64,000 nucleotides of DNA from Oikopleura dioica (lineage: Eukaryota > Animalia > Chordata). How positions within the stretch are numbered: position 1 is the first letter of the stretch; each line of letters opens with the position of its first letter. The stretch is taken from the NCBI GenBank assembly GCA_907165135.1, contig OU015567.1:6324001-6388000 (forward strand), given 5' to 3'. A program made the translations under genes and the position numbers. The notes beneath the pieces are model-generated. The model was not told the DNA's origin. It saw only the letters and a list, made by a program, of their open reading frames with translations, and did no database searches. Shown here in pieces: positions 50,041-61,422 of this stretch.

Positions 50041-51788
50041 TGAAAACAAAGTAATATGATATTACTAATATCAGTATTATCGTGTATTTTACCAGCTTTA
50101 TCTCAACATAATGCCGCTTGTTTTTGGACTTGACCGCCTCGGTCAAGGTTATCTTCCACTCTCTGACCTCAGAAAAAAGAGGACAGGGGAAGAGTAATCC
50201 GGGATTTCTAATCCAATTCTTTGAAAACGCAAGTTCAACCACGTGATGTTACCGAAAGCCTCCCAAATCCATGCGCTTCAAAGTTTATACTATTTTTCGA
50301 ATCAACCGTAAATAACTACTAGCTGACGTGGACTAGTAATTACTTCAAGAGCGCGAATAACTGAACGGTTTCTTCGAATCGATAATTCTAAGTTGGGGAT
50401 CGACCGAGCTCAGCAGAATTTTAAGTCTCTTTTGTGACGGGGCTGAACATTCTAAACAAGCCGCGGCCCACCATTGGCATGACGCATTCCAGCGCTGGGA
50501 TTTCCGGTACAAAGTTTCGGCTTACTGTATATCTCGCTAGATAAAAGACTGGGCTTTCCCACAAGCCCACAAAGTAGATAACCGCCCAAGTGAGCCATCC
50601 AAGAGCGATATCGCGCTTCGACTAAGCTAAAATTGAGAAAATTGAACGCAAAAATGAGTGTTGCGAAAAATGCGTAAAATGGATTTGCATTAGCTGGGAA
50701 AATAGTGGTCGTTTTTCTCGTTGACCTGATGCATTCTAAGACACGAATTTAGAAAGAGAGAGAACTTTACGTAACTTTAAAAGTAAGAACCTCCTGGAAT
50801 GGTCACCTAAGTAAACACCGTGGCGATTAATTACGGAGCGAGAATCCTCAGCTTTTTGATTAAGAATTTAATTTTCAAATTCAATCTGAAATAGAACGCT
50901 TTATTACTGAAATGAACGCATATTTCTTGATCAGATTACACTCGTTTCAGATTGAATTCAGAAGCTTTGATCAATTTTTAATAAAAAAACGTGATCAAAA
51001 AGTTAATTCTTTTTAGCAATTTGTCAATCAAGCCGCAAAGAATCAGAAAAAAAAGAGAAGCCATTGTCAAGTGCTCGTCTTTAGAACTTGTTTCCGGTCT
51101 CGAACAACACGACTTTCATGCACGACTTTGAAAATCAACTAAAAAAGAGGGGAAAGTGCTCAATTCTTGAGAATCGCGCCCTTTTTTTTCGTCAACGTGT
51201 AGTTTTTAATTTCAAATACTTTGTTGAAACGAGCGTAAAAATGAAAATTCTAGCGCAAAAGTTTATGAAACGAATTTTAGTTCAATTTTTTTTTTCTAAA
51301 GTTTATAAAGTAGTTCGTCAAAAACAAACTTTGTTCATAAATTTTAGCGCTAGAATTTTCATTTTTACGCTCCCTTTCCAATTGATCTAGGTAGGTAGGT
51401 CTTATGTAAGACCTTCTTTTTACCGGTAAAATCATCGATGGCAGAGTAGACGGTGGTTTTATTTTGATCGATCAAAGTCCCCGGCTTGATGGAAAGAACT
51501 TGGTTCCGTTTTGATTTTCCCTCAAGAAGATGCAATTTTTGAACGGAATTTTTTGATCGATCAAAGCCACGGATCGGAAGCTATCTTACCGGCAGTTGGC
51601 AATTGTGAATTTGGAGGATGACGCAAGAGCAATTTTGAGCATTTGGGACTGCTATAAATATCTGTCGTCGCATCTTCATAATTCGTTTCCCCGTATTTAG
51701 TAGCCAATATCGTCTTCATTTAGTAGTACGTCGCCTTGTTTCAGCCTGATACAATAATAAACACTTTTGAAAACATTAAAAAAACGTA

Positions 51789-52038
51789 CCATGAGATTTT
51801 TTTCTAAAGGGAGATCTGAGAATCTGAGGGTCCTAAGCCCTCTGGGACTCTCAGTTGAGCCGCGCGCGCCTAGCGCGGCTAGCCAATCAGAGGACGGGCT
51901 TTTTCCGCAGTACGCCGCACTCCAAATTCTTTACTCTGAAGTGCCCAACAGGACCTCAAAGAAATTTCTAGACTTCCCCGAGAGTGAAACGGGAAAGCGA
52001 GGCCAGGGGCCTTCTCCCTCTCTAAAAAAATCTCATGG
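51789..52038. mobile_element. Tc1/mariner-type MITE (TA TSD)
   Basis: TA-CCATGAGATTTTTT ... AAAAAAATCTCATGG-TA. Confidence 0.8.
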
Positions 52039-52886
52039 TATGTCGGGCTACGTTATGAACTAGTCTGTCAAACACTTTTTACTGATTGCGAGTTTGTTAG
52101 CAACAAATGACGAGGAGCGAGGCGCAGAAAAAAAATATTGAGTGGTGCTCTACCACTACTCAAAGCGGTACTTTTTCACTTGAACTTTGAGTTTCTCCTG
52201 AATCAATAATAAACCAAGCCAAAATTATTTACTTACTCGAAGAGCAAGATTTTTCCTTCGAAATCGACTCGGTCGAAAATTGAAACAGAAATACAGTAAT
52301 AATTCAAGAGTAAGATACTGTTGAAAGTAAGGGCCCGAATTAGCGACATCAAGCGAGCGGATATCTTCTTCTTTCAGCGGTGGAAGACCCCGCCTGCTGG
52401 AAGACTTCCATTTTTTGGAAGAAATATCTTCTCACTGAATTAACTATTGTGATCACTACCATAAGACTGATAATTGATGAATTGGTAATTAAGATAATCT
52501 TCGTTGTATTTTATGATTCAACAAACCGCAGTTGGCCTTTTAATAGTAGTGTCCAAATTCAATTAGAACACATCAATTACCCGCTACTCCATGTTTTTTA
52601 GAAAATAAGAAGATCATGTTCGTAATGAAAGAACCCAGTACGTGGCAAATCTGGTTCGGGCGCGTCTTGTGTTTATTCATACAAGTAATTATCATTAAAA
52701 CTGCTCATAAGTGACTCTCGAGCCGTTGTATCCACGATTACGCGCGTTGGAGAAAATCGCATTTGACACGGGCCGGATTCGATGATTGGTACCGTGTTTC
52801 CTTGTTTGACTCACTTAACAGAGGTCACAGGCGCATTACAGGGACGCACCTATTTTTTACTAAGAAAAGGAGAGTTCAAACTTTCT

Positions 52887-53095
52887 TTGGAGTCGGCAAC
52901 CTTTGTAGAAAACCTGTGTTAGGGTTCTGAAAGAGCCCAAATGAAAAGCCGCCACGCGGCTTCGATTGAGATTGAAAAAAATAATTTTGCGAAGCCGCTT
53001 CGCGGCTTCGTTTTTAAAAAAAGCCGCTATGCGGCTTTTGATAAGAGATCGTTCACACCCTGACTCAGGTTTTTTACCCAGGTTGCCGAGCCCTG
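52887..53095. mobile_element. MITE family A
   Basis: GGAGTCGGCAACCTTTGTAGAAAACC ... GGTTTTTTACCCAGGTTGCCGAGCCCTG with internal AAAAGCCGC palindromes. Confidence 0.88.
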
Positions 53096-53340
53096 GCAAA
53101 ACGGCTTCGCCAAAAATGTCAGCTTAGGAGCTTCGTTTTTTTTCGTAATGACGATGGGTAATGACAGTGTCGGTAGCTCCACGAAGATCTAATCGAGTGT
53201 TTTTGATGATAAGAAAAAAAAGGTCGGTCCAAAATTTTAGATTGATGGTAAGTTAAGGGTGTCAACCTGTTATTGAGGACTACGCCCTTTGATTTCTGTA
53301 TACAGTATACTGTGGACATGGAAAATATACGATAAAGAAT

Positions 53341-53660
53341 TTAGAAAAAAGAGAGATTTGAGAATTTTCTCAGATTTTGATGGTGGAAATTTGTGAAAGA
53401 CTTTGGCAATGAGGAATTCTCGCGGAACATTCTTGAAGTGGCCAGATTCATGCTAAACGTGGTTCGCGACGGTGGCAGCAGATGGAATTCTGGAAGCTGG
53501 ACGCAAGTTGGTTGCTGAGGAAGCATAAATTCGATTGGCCTGAGTGGCTCGGGTAAGGGACTTCCCATTATGGTGGCGCTGACTTGACCCCCGTCGGATG
53601 AGACGACCTTCGAAAGAGAGAAGACTCTCTTGAATAAAAAGAGTCAAGTTAAACAGAGCT
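53341..53660 (-). CDS. Possible terminal coding exon of an unidentified gene
   Basis: Open frame FKRVFSLSKVVSSDGGQVSATIMGSPLPEPLRPIEFMLPQQP...FF* wedged between two MITEs; no recognisable domain. Confidence 0.3.
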
Positions 53661-53698
53661 TATTTTTTTTGTTTAGCGGCTAGCTTCGATTTTAGAAC

Positions 53699-53929
53699 TT
53701 AGGCTCGGCAGCCTAAGTCATGTTCTGAAAAGCCAAAATGAAAAGCCGCGTAGCGGCTTACATCAGCACGAAGCCGCAAAGCGGCTTCGCAACACAATCA
53801 CTCTTATCTATATAAAAATATTGGCGAAGCCGCTTTGCGGCTTCGTTTATTGAAAAAGCCGCTACGCGGCTTTTCATTTTAGCTTTTCAGAACCTCAGTC
53901 AGGCTCTCTACACAGAGTGCCGAGCCCAG
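53699..53929. mobile_element. MITE family A
   Basis: GGCTCGGCAGCCTAAGTCATG ... CTCAGTCAGGCTCTCTACACAGAGTGCCGAGCCCAG. Confidence 0.85.
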
Positions 53930-54457
53930 GATCCGGGACCCCAGGTTTCTGAGTGAGTTCATTTTATTTTGAAATTATGTTTCGGGATCGTTTATCTTGG
54001 AATAAAATTCACGTTTATCTTGCAATATGCACAGTGTTTAGCTTGCGAAAAATAATTTTTATCCTTCCTACGCGCCCGCAAACATTATTTTCACAAGGAA
54101 GTGCCTTTTACCAAAAAACTTTCTTGTCTTCAAATATAAACCGTACCTCCTGGAAATCATTTGCGATTTCTAATTTCAAATTGTTGTTTTTTATTTAATT
54201 AAAGTTATTGCGCTTTTCTATGTTTTGTTGGACTCAAGCTCACATGCCCTCAATTAATTTCCGGTTTGAACGACAAACAACTCATGTTTTCCTCGAATGA
54301 AAAAACGTTGCTGAGTTGTCAATAAGCGCTTGAAATAATCACAAAAAGCGGGATACAATAATTTATTGTCAATAAACTCAATCCTTTTACAACAAACACA
54401 AATTATTATTTCAAATCAGATTGAGCCAAATCAAATTTGAAGGGGGAAAACGTCAAC

Positions 54458-54578
54458 TTGACTCGGCAACCTGTGTAGAAAACCTGAGTCAGGGTCTGAA
54501 AAAAGCTAGAATGAAAAGCCTTATATTATCCATTCTTTTTGACCCCTGACTCAGATTTCCAACACAGATTTCTGGCCC
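54458..54578. mobile_element. MITE family A, short copy
   Basis: ACTCGGCAACCTGTGTAGAAAACCTGAGTCAGGGTC ... GACCCCTGACTCAGATTTCCAACACAGA. Confidence 0.8.
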
Positions 54579-54851
54579 AAGAACGTGATAAGTTTGATTT
54601 TTGTCTGCCAGACAGTCTTTTAGCCGTCAGAGGTGACACAAATGATAAACGAAATTTCCGCAGATCACGTGCCTTCAAATCGAGTTTCAAAAATTTTGGC
54701 GATAAGGAACGGTCGGATTTTATAATTTTCAGAAACAAAAGAATTTTAGTATTTTAGGCGCCTGTCCATTTTTATGAAATCAGATGCGCAAGATTATTAT
54801 GGAAATGCTGATTAGAAGCTTTACCGCAAAATAAATCCTTCACTTGAACTA

Positions 54852-55065
54852 CAGGCCTGGACTAATTTTGAGTCGCGATAGGCGACGTCATAGCAGCGCC
54901 TCAGCCAGCTATCAAGAATTCCTATCATCTGGCCCACAAATCAGAAGGCTCACATTTGCGCGCGTTTCAAACTTCATCCTTGGGCCGGACGATAGGAATT
55001 CTTGATAGCTGGCTGAGGCGCTGCTATGACGTCGCCTATCGCGACTCAAAATTAGTCCAGGCCTG
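54852..55065. mobile_element. Young Tc1/mariner-type foldback MITE (TA TSD)
   Basis: ~86-bp nearly perfect inverted arms starting CAGGCCTGGACTAATTTTGAGTCGCG, flanked by TA on both sides. Confidence 0.92.
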
Positions 55066-55321
55066 TAGCTCCCTTGCGAGGCAATTATCCCGTTTTGAAT
55101 GTCTTGCGTTGGGTCTTTCGCAAATCCGCGGCCAATCCTGAAAATTTATTTTAACAAAGCTCCCGTGTTCAGAAGAACAGCGCAAAAAAGAAACATTCAA
55201 ACATTTAAAAATTTAAAATTATAAATTTTGAATTGAACAAGTCCAAAAGAGCAAGAACTTAAACATCTGAGCCCAGCAAAAAAGAAAACCGCTAGAGTTA
55301 TTTCTTTACACGACATTCAAA

Positions 55322-55879
55322 GGTGATACGGCCTAATTCTTCGGCTTGAAGGCCGAATGATTGATGCTTGTAAGAACACTGATTCTTCGGCAAAAAACCG
55401 AAGAATAAATGATAGAAGATGCACTGATTCTTCGGCTAAGGTGAATTTAATCACAGATTCCTGTGCCCCTTACCACGGGGCTTCGCCCCTTAGGTCCTAA
55501 AATGCCGGGGTCTAGTCTAGGGTTACTTAGGGTTACCTTCAGTAACCCTAACTAACCCTAGCCTATCCCCCTCGGGTGAGTTTGTTCTGTCACTTTGCCC
55601 AGTGCCCCCTAACACTAGCCTCAAATTATAGAAAATACTTATTGCCAAATTGAGTTTTTTCTCTAGAAAATGTCTTTTTCTTAAGTGATGACTCATAACT
55701 TATGAGTCGTAAGTTACAATCAAAGAGTTTTGATAATGAGTTCTAGAAAATTTGCCGAAGAATCACTGTCAATACTATCATTAATCCTTCGGTTCAAGGC
55801 AATTCTAAATTTGCCGAAGAATCAGTGTTATTGAAAGCATCAATTCTTCGGTCTTGCCGAAGAATTAGCCCATACCACG
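55322..55879. mobile_element. Non-autonomous DNA element with 8-9 bp TSD, ATTCTTCGGC subterminal repeats and central TAGGGTTA/TAACCCTA motifs
   Basis: TIR GTG(A/G)TA(C/T)GG(C/G)CTAATTCTTCGGC; flanks CATTCAAA at 55314-55321 and 55880-55887. Confidence 0.85.
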
Positions 55880-55963
55880 CATTCAAAGCAGCTTTTCGCG
55901 GTGCAATTTTCCAAATCGGGCATCATTTCTATATGTCCAGAAAAAGACCTTTTCTTTAGTTTA

Positions 55964-56196
55964 CATGATGACACCCTTAATTTTGGGGTGGTGTCACGAA
56001 TCGACAAAAATCTCGCGTCGAAATTTTCAACCGATAAGAAGCCTTGATTCGGCTAACCAACCAATCAGCAGCCAAGAAGCCGCCTACGCAAAATTTGTCG
56101 AGATTATTTGTCGATTCGTGACACCATCCCAAAATTAAGGGTGTCATTATGTATTTTTGTCGGGATTTTTTGTCGGCTCCGGACACCTCCCCTTAA
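55964..56196. mobile_element. MITE related to family B, plus an adjacent family-B terminus remnant
   Basis: TA-CATGATGACACCCTTAATTTTGGG ... CCCAAAATTAAGGGTGTCATTATG-TA, followed by TTTTTTGTCGGCTCCGGACACCTCCCCTTAA. Confidence 0.78.
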
Positions 56197-57065
56197 TTTT
56201 TATGGTTGATTTTTTAGAAATCTACTTTGAATTTTGGCTTTTGGAGGAATTTGATAAGGGCCTCACTTCGATAAAAATAACAGTGTCGCTATCTAAATCC
56301 TTTCTTAAAAATCCGGTTTTATAATCTCTCTCTCTTTCTCCCTCCAGATTTAGGCTCTTACGAGACACTCTTACAGCTTTTCTCCTACATCTATAAAAAC
56401 CAAAATTAAAAAGGGGAATGAAGCGGGCGAAGATAAAAAAGACGCAGCTCTTGGTCCGACACTCGACTTTTGCGGGCGAAAAAGGAAAAAAGACCCCTCG
56501 CAACACGTTTTAAATTCGACGTTCTCCTTGTCTCTAGCTTTGAACCTGGAGCAAGGACCGGTTTTCTGAATTCTGAGAAGAAGTTAATCCTCGAAGGCAA
56601 TCGATTAAAACGGTACGTACGCGGCGACACGGTAATGTCTAATTATCCCCCGCTTACTGATCTACGAATGCTTGTTATTGAGTGATTTCTAATTTGAAGA
56701 GGGGTAACTAGCTGTCAGAATTCAATGTCACATAAGTAGCATTGCGTTTGATATGAAAAACAATGCGAAAAAGATGACATAGCAACTCATCAATTAACGG
56801 TACAATCCGATAAATAAAAATTTCTTATGTGACTCGGTTGTTGAACAAATCAGAGGACCATAATGATGGGGTAGAGATTTGCCACAGAATATGCAATTTG
56901 AGGATCTTGGGAAAACTCTTGAGCAAATACGCTTGGAAATATTTTTGAGCTGATTTAGAACGTGAAAAAATGTAACCTCACTAAACTCGTGCTTTTTGAA
57001 TAAACAAGCTTCAACTCAAGTTGTGGCTAAATTGCTCATTGAGCAGGGTTAGAACTTCAGTCCTC

Positions 57066-57187
57066 GTATCTCTGAGATGAGTCATGATGACGTCATCATT
57101 ACTGTATATAAAATGAAGCTCAGACACTGTACTTCATTTAATTAGTCATAATGATGACGTCATCATGACTCATTACAGAGATATGAC
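57066..57187. repeat. Short foldback element with TGAGTCA and TGACGTCA motifs in each arm
   Basis: TCGTATCTCTGAGATGAGTCATGATGACGTCATCATTA / TAATGATGACGTCATCATGACTCATTACAGAGATATGA. Confidence 0.8.
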
Positions 57188-57759
57188 TCATTTTTCCGAT
57201 GATATGCCAAAAAATCACCGAAAGTGAAAAAATATTCCCACCCTAGTTAGAAGCTTTTTTGACTCAAAGAAGATAGAACGCGTGAGAAACGCGCGGAACT
57301 TGTAAGGACCCGGATAATTAGCCGCTTCGAAAAAGTGTCAAGGCCGATCCTTCGATAACCTTCTATAACAACTCGGGTCCGTTCGACGCTTTCTCGTAAC
57401 TGAATTATTATTATATTCCTCCACGCCCGATGAAGTTTATTAGCACGCTGGTTGTTGAAAATTCAATTGAAACCAAAAAAGCCGTCTTTCTAGCGCTTCG
57501 TGAGCTCTCATTAAATTTATTCTCTGATGAGTCGGAAACATGAAATTTAGACAGATCATTTTTTATTGAGAAACATGCTAAATTGGACATGTAACATGTT
57601 TTTATAAGCACTCAAAATATGTAGCAGCTTTTGCGGAAACTCAAGATAAAGAAGTGTTAATGGAGTGGAGAAAGCTGTCTTTTGGAGACTTTTCAAGGGG
57701 TAACCAACTCAGTCAGTCAGCAGACACGGAATACTGCTAATTAGCAAGAAGCTGTACGG

Positions 57760-57900
57760 CTGGGCTCGGCAACCTGTGTATAAAACCTGAGTCAGGTCCA
57801 GAAAAGTCGCGAAGCATTACCATTTCAATCGTTTTTACGGCTTTTCATTTAGGCTCTTCAGAACCTGAGTCAGGTTTTATTCACAAGTAACCGAGCCCAG
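57760..57900. mobile_element. MITE family A with intact 8-bp TSD (hAT-like)
   Basis: CTGGGCTCGG...CCGAGCCCAG flanked by CTGTACGG at 57752-57759 and 57901-57908. Confidence 0.92.
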
Positions 57901-58702
57901 CTGTACGGTTTTCAATATATTGAGGGAAACTGATTGTAACACGCTTGTACTACCAAAAGGAGTATTGATACGGAGGAGGTTTTGTTTATAATAAAAACAG
58001 GGCTGTTACCGTAAATACTCGTCTAGTTCTAAGACGAAGAAATGGAGAGGAAACTCTTTCTTCCTTCGTCTTCTTGATACTTTTGAAGAAATAATTTCAT
58101 TGAAAAGAGACTTTTCAGACCCTGACTCAGGTTTTCTCCACAGATTGATGAGCCTGGTAATAAGGTATCTCTTCAAATTTTCAAAAAATAAGAGGTTTTG
58201 ACAAATTGTTAATTTACAAACTTCAGGATAGTTGATCAATAATTGGCTGTTTAGTTTGTACCTCGAGTGCATGCACTTGAGTACATCCCGATTATTATTA
58301 AAGCTGAGGTAAACACGTGATCAAAGGAAAAAAAAAAGAGAAATGATCTTGTAGGAACAAATATAATTGTTTCCATATCGAATGGGCACTTATTAAAGCA
58401 ACTGCTTTCACGTTGTATTTTGATCTGAAACGTGCGCTGTATTCATAATTCCCATCGATCTGATGTGTCCCCTGAAAGCACCAACTCGTGCAAGCTCTCT
58501 AGAAGAGCACTACCGCCCTCTCTCCAAACTGCGGCGCTCCCGCAACTTATCAGCGAGTCCCGATACCAGCCGTACTTTCTCCTCATTTTCTTAGAGCATT
58601 TGGGAGAAAAAATAAGCTCTCATAACTCGCCTTTTACAGTTCCTTTTTTCAGTTTTTTTTACTATTTTTTTGAAAGAGAAAAAATAACAAACAAAAACCG
58701 CG

Positions 58703-61422
58703 ATGAAACTTCTATCAAGTCTAGTTCTAGCAAATACAGCAAATGCCGCTTGGGAAGATAAATGGAAGACCATGATCGCCGAAAAGACCAGGACAATGTC
58801 CGATGTCGATGGTTATATCAAGTTTCAGCTTAGAGGTAAGTTTTTTTGCCGACTTTTTTAACCAAAAAAATAAGAAAAAAAAATTTTTTTTGATACTTAT
58901 CTACAAAAATTATTCCCGAAAAGCGAATTTTCTTGACCTTTAATACAGTCTGAATTACAGTATTCGTTCATAGACGGATATTTTCAAGTATTCTATATAA
59001 AACTTAGTATCTCCTGATAAGGTCTATTTACACTTCATATTACTGATAAGATAGTAGCCTAAACGCTCTTTAGTTCCATACCCACCATGTATACCTCTAT
59101 CAAAAACTAGATAAAAGGATTGTTCTTCGAACTTTCTTTACAGTCTATAACCAAAAGCCTCGATAAAAAGCTTCCCTCTTAGATTGTATTGCCGCACGAG
59201 AGTCCCTGAAAGCACAGAATCCTATTTTGAACGGGCAGTGGAAATGCAACGATCCAGCAAAGACCGGTCGGGCAGAGTGCGAAGCCGCTTGTAAAAATGA
59301 TTGGCACGATGGCGACTGGCATCGAATGAAGTTTTCGATCAAATGCAAGGATGGGTTGAAGACGAGAATGCAGTTTGACGGACCGCCATCTTGCACTCCT
59401 CGAGAACGAGGACAGCAGTGCTGGCAAGAAGAATGGGCCACGATCAAGGTAAAAGAATCAGTTTTCGTTCATTCTAACTCTTTGCTCTTTTAGATGGCAC
59501 AGACGCTCAACCGAGAGCGAATCCGAAACGCCGAGGTCGACAACACAAACTGCTGGAAAAGGGGCGTAAAAGCCTTCTGCAATATCGAATGTAAAGAGGG
59601 TTACGAACCTGGGTGGAACTTCAAACGGCCAATTAGAGCAGGGGTCAATTGTGTCAGGAAAAACTCATGGCTGAATCCTCACAGAAGAAAAATTGGAGGA
59701 AATTTGAGTAAGTCAAGAGTTCATCAAATTATGTTCAAAAAACTAGCACGTGTTTTCTAGCTTGCGTCCAGTCAAGTTATACATGCAACAAGGATCACGC
59801 CGATGAACAGTTTCCGCTCGGAAACGGAAGCTGGAACTGCTCTAGCTTCGCGTCTGGACTTCACTGCATGCCCAAGTGTAATAACGGCAACGACGGCGAT
59901 GTTCGATACCGCGTCGAATGCAGAACGACTGGAGTTAACAAGGGATGGAGCATTGTTCACGGCCAAGATCAATTCAGGAAATTGTTTTTCATTAGTTCCT
60001 CTTCTCTTTATTAATTTCTCAAATGAGCATCAAAATTTCTTTTTTTTTTTCTTCAAGTTAAAAACAGTTCCAAGCGATGATGTCTGCCAATTCGGCACCG
60101 ACAACAACAAAGAAACCTCCAACGACGATGTCGTCTTCGAACAAACCACGGACATCGTCCCAGAAGGCCTGAAAACATGCACCTCCGATTCCAACTTCCC
60201 CGCTACCCGAGGCTTCCCAGGAGGAGACGATGAAGACTACAGAATCGTCGGCGGTGTGACAGTCGAGGCTAACTCTATTCCTTGGATTGTCCTCCTCCAC
60301 GTCAGAACTTACAGTGGCTGGACCGGTCAATGCGCTGGATCGATTCTCTCCGAGCACTGGGTCGTTACTGCTGCTCATTGTTGCCGAGGCATTAGAGTAA
60401 GAAAAAGCTTCTTTTGACAGGGATCTAACAATTGTTTAGTCAATCACTGGCAAATTCGGCGAACACAACAAGTCGCAATACGACTTCGGCAACGAGTTCT
60501 CCCTCTACACCGAAGACATCTTCATCCACCCGAAATACTACGACGACACCGACGACGGAACTCGAATGAACTACGACATCTGCCTTCTCAAATTCGAACA
60601 AGACATCCTGGCCGTCGCTCCCAACAAGGACTCAGTCAAGCCCATTTGCTTGCCAAACGAAGACGTCACGCACGGCCACGCTTGCTGGGTCGCCGGCTGG
60701 GGTACGACAAAATACGGGGGTTACGCTGCATCGGAACTTCAATCCGTCGGTGTCAGTATTCTCGACCACAACTACTGCAAGGACAAATCGCACAACATCG
60801 AGCCACGAGAAGGTAAAAAGATGATACTAATACCATTCCGTTTTTTTCTCAACAACTATAATTATGTGATTAGACTAGTCATACAAGCACCTCCTTGAAA
60901 ATGTAAATTGCACCGCTAGAACTCACTTCAAGTAGAACTCTCTCAAATTCTCATCATCGTCCATTGTTACGAGCAAGCTTATATCAACGAGAAGTTAATT
61001 TATTGAATTTGTTCCACGGTCGCCAAATTCAAAAAAGTAACGTCGCTTCGTTTATCTTCACAATAACGATCCCGTTTTTCTCAAAATATTTGACCCAATA
61101 TCAGTATTCCTTCATTTCCATTCGATTTGAAATAGAACTTGACGGACTTGAGAAAACTGCCGTTTATTTGTAAAATAATTTTCTTTCAGACGACATCTGC
61201 GCCACCACTTACGACAAAGACGCCGATGGACTCACCGACGCTGGCAAAGATGCCTGCCAAGGCGACTCCGGCGGACCACTGATTTGCAACAGAGACGGCT
61301 TCGCCACAGTCGTCGGCGTCGTATCCCGCGGAAACGGCTGCGCATACGAAGGAGAGCCAGGTCTTTACACTTCAACCTTTGTGACAAAAGACTGGATTCT
61401 CGAGACTGTTCGAAACAACTGA
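58703..61422 (+). CDS. Secreted modular trypsin-like serine protease with three N-terminal Cys-rich (sushi-like) modules
   Basis: Signal [15 protein letters not shown]; activation site R-IVGG; TAAHC, YDICLL and [10 protein letters not shown] catalytic triad; Asp in the S1 pocket. Confidence 0.93.

Noticed and set aside
49736-50242. 168-aa ORF with YYIIL repeats resembling a TM protein
   Set aside because: Produced by the (TAATA)n microsatellite.
55515-55565. Interstitial telomere or chromosome fusion site
   Set aside because: Only a few imperfect units, enclosed within a TSD-flanked element.
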